The notes beneath the pieces are model-generated. The model did no database searches, had not been told where the DNA came from, and saw nothing but the letters and a program-made list of their open reading frames with translations. Shown one piece after another: positions 36,601 to 55,385 of a stretch of DNA of 64,000 nucleotides. How positions within the stretch are numbered: the first letter of the stretch is position 1; every line of letters starts with the position of its first letter. The DNA comes from Dimorphilus gyrociliatus. Taxonomy: Eukaryota > Animalia > Annelida. The position numbers and the translations under genes are program-made. Location: contig CAJFCJ010000010.1 of the NCBI GenBank assembly GCA_904063045.1, positions 1-64,000 on the forward strand, given 5' to 3'.

Positions 36601-39197
36601 AAGTTGATGAACAAGTTTCAGAACCTAAAGAGACTTTTAAGAATAAGGAAAATGTTAGAAATGTTGTTGGAGACGAAAACCAGTTGAAAACTTTTACACT
36701 TGAAAAAGGTGCGGCTAATAAAGACACTATATCAGATCTGATGAATTCCAAAACAGAAGAATCTGATGATAGAATTTTCAGTACAAGTGAAGAAAATGTA
36801 AGCCATAACTTAGAAAAAAATACTTCTGATTCCAAACTTGAACAAAACAAAGAGTGCAACGAAAATCCAATAGATAGCGAGGACAATGACGAATCAGAAA
36901 GGAAGAGATATCCTAAGAAATTACAAAAATATTTGTCTGCTCAAAACGTCCATGACTTTGGGATGGACAAGCTTCTTGAAATGAAGTTAATAGATGGTAA
37001 TAACATTAAATGTCAATATTGCGGTACTGTTATTGCACTCTCTGAAAAGGAGGGACTAAAAAACCATATTTACAATCATTTACATGAAACACCTTTATGC
37101 AATCGCAATATAGAGAGAGATAGAAAATTGAACTCATTCTGCAAATTAACAGAACAACTAGCAGATCATGTCGTAGGAATGACATGTAAAACTTCTGCCT
37201 GGCGTTGTGTTTTTGATGGGTGCACTTACTTTACTTATCGATCAGAAGACCTCTCAGACCATTTAAAATCACATCACGAAAAGATAAATAAATATATATG
37301 CTATTTGTGTAAAAAATCAGTTGAAAGCTTATCACTTCTTATTGACCATCTAAAAGTAGTTGCTAATTATATCTGCAAAGAGTGTAATTTTACTGATTGC
37401 GATAAAATTATTGTGAAAAATCATATCAAAGAAAATCATAAGATGGATGTTGAAATTATTGAAAAATTCAACTTGCTTTCTTGTCAAAAGGTTACCAACG
37501 AAAAAACAGATAAAATTTTGAATAAGGTTACAAATCCTGAAGTCATTCAAGAGGAAGATGTTAGAGAGGCTGATAATACACCATGCTCAAGTCCGTATGC
37601 GCCTTTAATAATAGACGAAGATAATGACGAAACTTTCACTGAGACTAGTAAAACAGATGACAATACGCCTGAGAAGCTTTCTGAATTGAATGGGTCAAAG
37701 GCAGAGATAGATAAAAATACAAATGTCATGAATACACTTGAAACTTTCTCAACCGCTAATGACCCACTATTACATGATAGTGATAATTTTGATGATTGCG
37801 ACGATACCGAAGAAAACCAATCACATTGTGAAAAAGATGACGACTCTATGAATATCCAAAATTTATCTGGTAGCAATAGAAAACATTCCAAAGCTCAAAT
37901 TTTGGATATTACTTTAAATCTTAAAGAAACAATCGAAGAATTTAAGAAAGCAGTGCCATTATTGACAAACACGTTTTCTTTCAATGGGAATAGTTTGCAA
38001 ATTATGCATTACAAAGAGCGTCAAGTCCAGAGTTCCCGCCCATGTCATGGAGAGAGTAGTCTAAGGTGCTTATTTTGCAAAAAAACTTTTCTTTTTGGTA
38101 TAAAACAGTTCTCAAAGCATCTCCTTTCGGAGGAACTTTATGAAATAAGAGAAAGTCCATATATATTATTCAAATGTAAAGAAAAATGTGAAGTCTACAA
38201 TAACGATCCAATGGAAATTTGCAAACATAACAAAATATTTCATTCAGGCGGCAATTTAGTAAAACCTGTTCTAATGAGTTTATTAAGTGAAAAAAAACAG
38301 AAACCTATAGTAGAAGCCCCAGTTGAAATAATAAATTCATCCGATGATGCGAAAGAAATCTCCCCTACCAATGATTCCAAAGATGATGACGATGCTTATT
38401 GTATTGAGAAGCATGAGCCAGAGAGTCAATGTGAGACAACTGTTATCTGTGGGCATTGTGAATTTTCTATAGAAGCAGAAGATGAAAATAGATATTTTAA
38501 AATGAGGCAGCATGTTATTCAAGGTCACCTGCCCAAGCCTTTCTATTGTTGTAAAAAAGGTTGCGATTTTTCAGCTGACAACTATTTTCAAATTGAAACT
38601 CACTTTGTATCTTGTCATATCTACATCACATTAGAAGAAATGCAAAGAAAGTATGTTACTGAAGAAGTTTCCAACGTCGGAACTGACAGAATTATTCAAT
38701 TCTCTCTGAGAGCTTTATCGCTGAAAAGATCTTCCGTTGGAAAGGGATCTGTATCAAAGAGGCGACGTCTATCAGCATTGGTAGAAAGTCGAGATGAGGA
38801 GGATGATGAGTATAGATGCTCTATTTGTTTTGCAAAGTTGACTGATGTCACTAAGATTGAAGCACATATACGAGATCATTTTGAATATAATAGATATGAA
38901 TGTCTTTTTTGTCTCAAGAAGTATAAAAATTTACTTATGGAAACAGTTGAACACGCTAGCCAGCATAAATCAACGTTGATAAGTTGTTTTGTAGAGATCA
39001 ATAATAGAAAGGTAAATGCTCTTGTTAAAAAGTTTGCAAAGGAGTTGCTAAATTGCAGAGGAATTATTTTTAAATATCCAAAGTGTTTGTTATGTAACAT
39101 TGGCTTTCCAGATGGAGTTCGAGCCGCAAAAATTCATTTAAATACTTTTCATAGATTAAACCCTGTTGTTAAAATTGATAGAAGTTGCATCAAGTGA
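33678..39197 (+). CDS. Large multi-C2H2 zinc-finger protein (1839 aa, about 13 dispersed fingers, long polar low-complexity linkers)
   Basis: One uninterrupted ORF with repeated CxxC...HxxxH units (e.g. CRYCSIFLKNIDELKDHFHFTH, CSICFAKLTDVTKIEAHIRDH). The N-terminal finger is matrin-like. No specific orthologue recognised. Confidence 0.85.
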   Translation: MHSSSSSKFSLLKIEGSKVICNVCKYESTNYHEYMNHFYHTKHQQNFHQGLNVLLSDICQSCHSDSSYNDEYPCKAMQPIANYIKRTMKNNNVPINNDRLRNPLQSSVRHQSQSHVSTPVFRKEVIVIKPKPELLRSDVQHTAIEPPKQVQNTSRIPRKESQPRQKEPEQHSKETNNRVEVAVNVSQPCNLSKTSKTSRTNVQRIPNRPADFEKRPINIPLEEVSQTTSFTEPRDPRRRVQESHKSTENLRDNSKEIPTGQKESEKRPRETSKRSELMRNIQKTFAEPIDPRKFIQNTSRKTEMLRVDPKLVQSRQGAPNKTLGVSKTNLQQTSISQKEPQESADQSDKQVATPEKDTQQISTERERPENTAAASDSNLEVSGQKPQQTTTQSSTPVSAVPEGLKNLPKNLSPSKIDMKQKRLENSIEKIGRKVTSCLKEGQVAKAKKPSLADELNKEVNTITKQTLLKVKKEKSILGVLVASPSKTAEQRTEQSKELGAKVVQSSSVKCRYCSIFLKNIDELKDHFHFTHNVTHTAIDGLLAKMHNTQLSEIDTDNEKESTATSKAKDMMKSIESEEISTSDKGIASNAENYHQTESLERSILDRPAAEFETHDPNRSTLDTEKQDKGESVVLNNQRTKSSIEVKQTSANSEIKNNTTSEKSVDSDCNPRNNTTNINKLIETANNIDSEKGIVNEEQHVSSTFNSNNSLSGAELPTTYLSEKDVESAIQKRSRVKNTESEIVMEQDIEIQKQANARNTESEIVTEQGLEIQKRKRIKNTESDIVTEQYVDLETQHTNKNTESEQDIEIQKQVVSSTNECNDKPLATANDEPSETQTNEPKLISDCTTNKQQAASDTFSSISDMDHEQSTATTVDSNNLISGIEQKDKSKSAEPDTETREQIENATCTNNATREKDVASDASKVGEVAVIDKKVSSEVENQNDINDGTLDIEKQSENNSLESEMSKVSEKESVSKVDEQVSEPKETFKNKENVRNVVGDENQLKTFTLEKGAANKDTISDLMNSKTEESDDRIFSTSEENVSHNLEKNTSDSKLEQNKECNENPIDSEDNDESERKRYPKKLQKYLSAQNVHDFGMDKLLEMKLIDGNNIKCQYCGTVIALSEKEGLKNHIYNHLHETPLCNRNIERDRKLNSFCKLTEQLADHVVGMTCKTSAWRCVFDGCTYFTYRSEDLSDHLKSHHEKINKYICYLCKKSVESLSLLIDHLKVVANYICKECNFTDCDKIIVKNHIKENHKMDVEIIEKFNLLSCQKVTNEKTDKILNKVTNPEVIQEEDVREADNTPCSSPYAPLIIDEDNDETFTETSKTDDNTPEKLSELNGSKAEIDKNTNVMNTLETFSTANDPLLHDSDNFDDCDDTEENQSHCEKDDDSMNIQNLSGSNRKHSKAQILDITLNLKETIEEFKKAVPLLTNTFSFNGNSLQIMHYKERQVQSSRPCHGESSLRCLFCKKTFLFGIKQFSKHLLSEELYEIRESPYILFKCKEKCEVYNNDPMEICKHNKIFHSGGNLVKPVLMSLLSEKKQKPIVEAPVEIINSSDDAKEISPTNDSKDDDDAYCIEKHEPESQCETTVICGHCEFSIEAEDENRYFKMRQHVIQGHLPKPFYCCKKGCDFSADNYFQIETHFVSCHIYITLEEMQRKYVTEEVSNVGTDRIIQFSLRALSLKRSSVGKGSVSKRRRLSALVESRDEEDDEYRCSICFAKLTDVTKIEAHIRDHFEYNRYECLFCLKKYKNLLMETVEHASQHKSTLISCFVEINNRKVNALVKKFAKELLNCRGIIFKYPKCLLCNIGFPDGVRAAKIHLNTFHRLNPVVKIDRSCIK
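35885..36111 (+). repeat. Coding tandem repeat, 63-bp (21-aa) unit x4
   Basis: AAATACTGA(G/A)TCTGA recurs at 35885, 35948, 36011 and 36074 (NTESEIVxEQxxEIQK). The last unit has a 12-bp deletion. Confidence 0.9.
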
Positions 39198-39538
39198 TAT
39201 GCTGTACTGGTGATTCGGTACGATATTGATCGAATGTTGAGAGAAGTAAAACACATAAAAATCAAAGGAACAATATGTCAAGAAACTATTTTAATGGTTA
39301 ATTTAAATCAATGGTTTGGATTTGGATTAAAGGGCACACTATTTAATGAATTGTTACTATTCTTAAATGAATGATTTCTGTATTTTACAAAAGGACAAAA
39401 AGTTTAGAAATGTTTTATTATTTCTATAATTTACATCATTTCATTAAATATTAATATGTACAATGATTTTTCAAACTGATAAAATGTGTTCGTGTGAGAA
39501 AAAAACAATAAATAAAAAAGCATGTTAATAAATATAAT

Positions 39539-42500
39539 TTATTTTTCAGTATTTTTAGTTTTTACTTTCTCAAAGGTATTCTTCAACAGTTTCTTATAAA
39601 TTCCTTCTTGTTTGAGGAGAAGTTTGGGATAACCATCTTCCACTATTTTTCCATTATCTATCACATAGACTTTGTCAAAATGAGAAGTATTAATCACGCT
39701 ATTAGTTAGGATAATGACTAATCTATCTCTGAATATTTCTTGAAACAGACTATAAATATGGCTGTTAATGGCATTATCGTAGGTTGCCTCATATATAACT
39801 ATCGTTTCCCTGTAAATTAATGCTCGGCATATTGATATTAATTTTGCCTCTCCAAACTCTAAATTCTCATTTAGATCTTCATTCAAGTCTTCGAGTCTTT
39901 TATTCAATCCGACTTGTCTCATAGAATATAGAATTTCGTCATCAGTAAAAAAATTGAAAGGATCAATATTCCTCCTGAGCGTATCAGAAAGAATGAGAGA
40001 TTTTTGAGGTATAATATTAAATCTTGAACGTGCGATCGACAATTCCAATGAAGTCAGATCTAAACCATTCATTAAAATTTGACCATCTCCACTATATAAT
40101 CTAAAGAAGGCACTTTTTAATATACTATTATAGTTTACGTCCTTTGAAACATTGATAAAGCAGACATGTTGATTTTTATGAATTTCAAAATTAAGGTCTT
40201 CCAATCCTTGTTTCTCATCCGAAATATACAAACTCAAATTTTTAACTACCAATTGATAGTTATGATAGTTTAAATAGTATTGATGAGGTCGATTTACATC
40301 GGGTTCTGTTGGATACTTGAAGAAATGGTTTATTCTATCTAAACTTGAAGTCTGTTTAATAGTATATTGTTAGCTTTGAAGAATGATCTTAAAAAGATTG
40401 ACTGATACGTACCGCTTTAGTTAATTCGACCCAACCCTTTATTATTGTAAATGTTGATTCCATTAGCTGAATAAAAAAATAAAGTATAAGACCATACCAT
40501 ACAAGGTCAACTTTAAAGAGGAAGTGTGTTACTAGGAAGACGATTGTAATATAACAAAATATTAACAATTGTACACGTATCGATAGCCAAAGATTACATA
40601 ACTCCGTCAAATATAGAAAGACTGTATATTTGTTATTATACTCATGAAGTTTATCCATAAAGAAATTCTTCTTTTCGTGTAACCGTATAACACACAACTT
40701 AATTGACGTATCTCTATACAAAAAACTCATTTTAGTCCTATAGGATTCTAATAACGTTTGTAGTGATAAAATAGCTGTGGATGTATAGTTGAATGTAACA
40801 AAAGCCAAGCTGCTAATGATCAAGCCGAAGACTATTGTCACAGGATAGATGGCGGATATAAAAATAATGATAACAATTCCGTATGTTGTATTAGCTAGTA
40901 GGTCATGTAATTTTCTGTGAAAAATTTCATCCATTAGCTGAAAATCTTCTTTGAACACACACAATATTGCATTTATAGGCATACTCTTAAACATCTCTAA
41001 AGGAGTCCTAACAATTTTCAGTAGGAACTTTGAAAAGACCTTTTCAATACTTTTCGTTAAGAAGCTTTGAGTTAAAAGTGATCCTACAAAACTAAGACAA
41101 GCAATTAAAAAGAGGAAGAGGAAAATCTCCAATTTTGGTATTGAAATTTTCCCTTTTAATGACACAATGAGGTAGTCCATAAATAATGATGCGCACATAG
41201 TTAAAAGTAGAATTATTATAACCAATATAAATAGACTTAAACTGCCAAATCTGAAGAATTTTCTCATTACATTTGATGTCTTTGCGATATCATATCTAAT
41301 GTGACCACAAATTAAGTCATTATTACCACAAGGTGGCACTGGTTCCATTTCAGATTGAAATATAGTTTTTGATTTATCATTTAACGGTCCATCATATATA
41401 ATCCTTCCGGCTTCTAGAAACATACATCTTTCAGCTTTTTCCACAACTTGCAGATATTTTGTAGCGATTATAATGGTTGAACCTTGCATAAAACTATTAA
41501 AACACTCCTTTAAGATTGCTTTTGAATCATTTATATTTAAGTGTTCGAAAGGTTCGTCTACAAGATAAATTTGAGCATCTTGATAAACAGTTCTTTAATA
41601 TGTAGAGAAGAGGTTAATAATTAAAAATCTAGGTCAATAAAAAAGAAAAATAGAAAATTATTGTATTCACCTTGCTATTAAAATCTTCTTTTCCTGTTCT
41701 TTTGTTATTTCATTAGTATATCCTCCTATAATCGTATTCTCTTGATTAGATAAATGAAAGATATCCTTAAACAATTGACACGATTCTATCACTTTCCAAA
41801 ATTTTTCGTGATCATAAGAATTTCCAAAAAGAATATTATCCTTAATTGATTGATTTAGAACACCGTCGTTCTGGGATAGATAACTTATTGAACCATTTAC
41901 CATTAAACCGTTGGCGGTGAAATCAACTTCGTATAATATTGATTTTAATAATAGACTCTAAAAGAAAAGATAAGTGTAAAAATATTATCATTTTTCATTT
42001 TTCTATCCCCTACCTTTCCCGATAAAGAATTTCCGGTAAGGATTAACTGTTCACCTTGAACTAGGCTAAATGTAATATTAGTTAATATGTTTGTCATATA
42101 CGGTGTTTGAACGATATTTAAATTATTAATATTCAAAATTTCTTCATTCATTTGCATATCAAATAAACCATTTGCGCCAATCATATCGTGAACAGAGCTG
42201 TTGTATTCATCTTCCTGCAGGAATGCGTTGATTGTTTTCAACCATCTTAAAGTTTTAAACAAGGAGGCTAAGCCTGTATGAAAGTATTTAAAACCAGTTT
42301 GCTGTAATATACTTAAAGATAACAATATCCTAAATATATCTGTCACATGAAAGTTTATGTCAATAAAATAAGACATATATAAAACTGTTAATAATAAAAC
42401 TCCTCTGGATGAAATGAAGAGTAAAGAATTGTACAAAGCTAATAGTATCCTACTCATAAACATTTCTTCAACTTCTCTTATCCTCTTGTTGGAGATAAAC

Positions 42501-43632
42501 ATAAGTAACGGCTTTTCCCAAAGATACATTTTCACGATTTCAATATTTAATAAAGCATTCTTAACATATTGAACGGTACTCTCCTCAAATGCTCTTTTGT
42601 CATTAAAGACATCATCTTCAAGTGTAGTAATTATACAAATCCATAGAATTAACAGTACAGTCAATGGTATTATTAAGATAGCAGCATTGCCCATTAAATA
42701 ATAATTAATAAAAAAAACTCCAGTAAACGTTAGTGGAAATGTTAATAATTGAAAACATAACAATATTGAATTTTGAATATGTTCACTATCGCATGAAATC
42801 ATTCCTATAACATCTTCTATTCCATTTTCATCAGAGAACGTCTGAATTTTTAATATCTGTTTTGAATAATCTCTTATTAAATAATTCATATAGTCTACGT
42901 TTTATTGACAAATATCTTACTTTTTTATATAATAAACTATGAATCATGCTTTTAACTCGTACAGCCCATAATCCACAATTTATACAGGAGAATTGATAAA
43001 ATATAAAGAACAATACCATTATTAATATGAACGCACCAAGGAGAATTATTCGATGCAATTCCAGCATGTTTTCTCCGTCGTAAATCTTCATCATTCTTTC
43101 AATTAAAAGAGGGAATAATAATCTACAAACTTCCTATATATAAATACACTATTTATTTATAGATAATCCATATTTTCCCGCCTTTAAATAGTACTTAACT
43201 GTTAAAATGAAGGATGATAATATTAAAAACACATTTCTTGAAGACTTATTTAATGTATAATAGATGAAAGATAAGAGATTTCTTGTTGATTGTCCATTAC
43301 TTTCCCTATTTAGGTTGTATTAAATATAATATATTTGATTATATATGTATTAATACTATTTATATATATAAAAGAAACCAGTATAACCTTTTCTTAATCA
43401 ACATGTACAAGTATTTTGACTCATAGTGAATAGGGATTCCTTTAATGTCTTTCTCTTCTAATCTATCAAAATGAGCTTTTTGCATCAAATCTCCTAACCA
43501 CCTGAAAGAATATTTCCTATCAATCCCTAAAATATCTACGCTAAATAGTGATTATATAACAAACCATGACGTAATCCTTGATAAGCAATTAGGCTTCGAT
43601 GAAAAATCAACTGCGTGCTTAAATATTCCCAT
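39539..43632 (-). CDS. Short-form ABCC (ABCC4/CFTR-type) transporter-like protein, ~1196 aa, with degenerate ATPase motifs; exons 43632-43565, 43501-43388, 43305-43195, 43095-42921, 42856-42014, 41957-41671, 41592-40413, 40351-39539
   Basis: Lasso motif (PNCLSRITSWWLGDLM..LEEKDI), TMD1, NBD1 (GNSLSGKS, SYLSQ, SIKDNILFG, YLVDEP), TMD2, NBD2 (NIIPQ, TLRRNIDPF). The eight exons sum to 3591 nt with consistent phases and no stop found. The true start may lie further upstream (possible exon 43768-43730). Confidence 0.85.
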
Positions 43633-44051
43633 AGTTTCGATATTCTCCTCCGTTGCGTGTTTCTCCTGTTAAATATTCACTTTTTCAATACTTCTTTCTA
43701 ATAAAAAAGAAACTGGTTCTCAATGAAACTATAGAAATTCTCTCAAACGCTTTAACAATAGCTTGGACCTATAGAGTTAAATTTGTTGAAAAAATGAAGC
43801 CAGTAGAATGTTATTATTAGTGGTATTTCATGTAAATATCTTGTATATTTATATTAAATAAAGCAATAAAATACATAAAATTTGCATATGAATTGCCAAA
43901 TAAATTTGTTTAAAAATAATCAAAGTTTTATCTTGAATATTCATAGATTCTTTAAAAAGTTATGTTTTTGCTAGCAATTTCGTTCTTTTCAGATGACTAG
44001 ATTTACTTGTTAATTACTTCATTGATAACAATTTTCGTTCGTCTTCTTCTC

Positions 44052-45255
44052 TTAAACTGATAGTTCTGACACCATAGAGCTTTCTTTTGGCTCACCGGAA
44101 AAGCTTGTTGAAGTAGATGTAGGCCTTTTTAATAGAAATGTTTCTTCATTGGCATCAGCCTCGGATGTTATATCTGAAGTTCTTACGGGAACAGCTTGTA
44201 CCGTCGAGTGCTTTTTTGCACTGAAACGATTTAAAAGATTAATTGATATGTATAGAATTTAATTTATGGTTAGAGATAATGCTTACGAGGAGATTAGGTA
44301 CATAAGTAAGGCTTGAAATCCTGCGTACTCCACTTGTAAAAAGTCTTTAGGATCATATCTCGCGTGTTCGTATGAAGAATAAAAGAGATCTATATCATTA
44401 ATAGACACTGATGCTAATGGGCCATTTTTTCTACATTCTAATAAGTATTCTCGAATATTGGATCCTGGCATACGTTTCTTCATTCCTGATTCTCTCAATG
44501 CCGCATCAAGGAATCTAACCGAGTCAACAGCTTTCATTCGATAGTAGTAATGGGTTCTATCTGCAAGCATTAAAGTTAATAATAATGCAGCTCTTATCAG
44601 TAAAATCTATTTCTTGATATAATTAATACCTATTAGAATCAATTTTCTCTCTAAACGGGGACTAAGTAGAGGTAATTCACACTTGATTGATAATATCTTA
44701 TTTATTTTCTCCGCGATATCCCTTTTCAATTTCTAATATAATATTCAATACATTATTCCATTCATTATTCTATATTGAAGTGAAAAGAATTTCTACATAC
44801 TTTTGGAACAGATGATCCAATTGGTTCGTGCGAACCTTTTCCACGTAGTTTATACCTGATAATTTGTCTCTTTAGAAACAAGAGTAGGACGACCGTTAGC
44901 TAATAAACAATATCTAGAGTTAATATTTTATTAATCAGAATGCAAAAGTGATCTTTACTTACCACTATTCCAAATGCAAAGAAGATTAAAACAATCTTTA
45001 TTGAAACGGATTTCTATATTTTGTAAAAAAAAAAAAAAGGAACTCATAAAAGGATATAGCTGGCTTTCTAATACATATTTTTATAATTCTAGCTCTATGT
45101 ACCGAGACTGGTAAACACCCAATCAAGTTTTGTTTTTAATTAGACCTAAAACTCAATTTAGTACATATACCAGTTCCTAGAAATATTGTATTATCGCTCT
45201 GTAGAATATATATTTTCATTGCGTAAACGGGCGTAACCATACTTACTAAGTCCAT
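44052..45255 (-). CDS. C1orf43: C1orf43/NICE-3 homologue (234 aa); exons 45255-45247, 45013-44963, 44899-44801, 44732-44630, 44560-44287, 44220-44052
   Basis: N-terminal TM followed by KRQIIR, HEPIG, YYRMKAVD, NIREYLL and YEHARY, matching NICE-3 family motifs. The exons total 705 nt in frame. Confidence 0.88.
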
Positions 45256-45847
45256 TGATTATTTTATATTCATTATAATCTAGAATATATCAAATAGTTG
45301 AGTAGATTGGAAAGATAAATTTAGGGGCTTTTACTAAATCCGAGATATTTTAAAAATAAGGATATGTATAGAGAGAGTGTTTCACTCGGCGTTGACTGAC
45401 AAAAAATAAATAAAACAGCGTTCCTAGCGTCTGATAGACCTTTCAAACGAAAATGAAAGAAAAAACTTGTCTTTTTATGTATACTAAGTATTTATCTTCT
45501 TGATCAAGAGATTTATCCGTATCAGATACATTCATATTTCACAAGGAAATGATACGGAAGCTGGACTTTATTTCAAAAAGAAACTCCTAAAAAGAAAAAT
45601 CAATATGAAAATGTGATAGAAAACACACTGTTACATTTAAAGCATATAAAATTGAACAACTCAACTATTCAATAAAAGTTAAAAAAAGCGGAGAATCAAA
45701 CTTAAAATTGGAACAACTCCATCTATAGTGCATATCTTCATAAATCTCTTTAGTCTCTGTTTCCGGGCTACTAGCAGACGACTAAATACAACCGTGGTCA
45801 TATGTGCACTTTCGAACAAAAGAGCGCGTTTAACTTTCTATTCTAAG

Positions 45848-54873
<9,026 letters not shown>

Positions 54874-55385
54874 AAAACAACACGAGTGAAATTAGAGACT
54901 TATTTCTCATTCTAAAGCTTATGTCTAATAGAAACAGATACTCTTTTTTTTTAATACCTCAAATATGTCTATTTCTATGAGATAAAAGAAAACAGAGTCG
55001 ATATATGATGAGAATATTTTTTAAAATAATATATATATATATAATTGATATGTATATAATAAAAAAACAAGAAGAAATGATCTATCAACTATTCTTATTT
55101 TTAGTTCATTTTTTATCACAGTAACACAGATAGTATTTAAAATATTTTATATTATTTTTTTTACATACGTATACATATAAATTATTCATTTATTTATACA
55201 TAATACTATAAAATACCCTTTAGGTAGACAATACACAGAATGTTTTCAGGTGTTTTAAATGAATAAAATATAAGTTTATCTTCGAACTGGTCCGTTAAAA
55301 TTAAGGTAAAAATAATGTCTTTTTTTTTAGATTAGATTGTTTAATGGAATTCTTCGACTTTGTAATCGATTTTTTGTTTATTCTT

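Noticed and set aside
35416-38528. Minus-strand ORFs up to 204 aa inside the zinc-finger gene
   Set aside because: Antisense shadows of a long, compositionally biased coding strand.
42895-42920. Apparent frameshift or 26-nt intron between ORFs 42831-43094 and 41945-42889, suggesting a pseudogene
   Set aside because: Resolved by a normal 64-nt phase-0 intron (42920-42857) at the conserved YKK| position.
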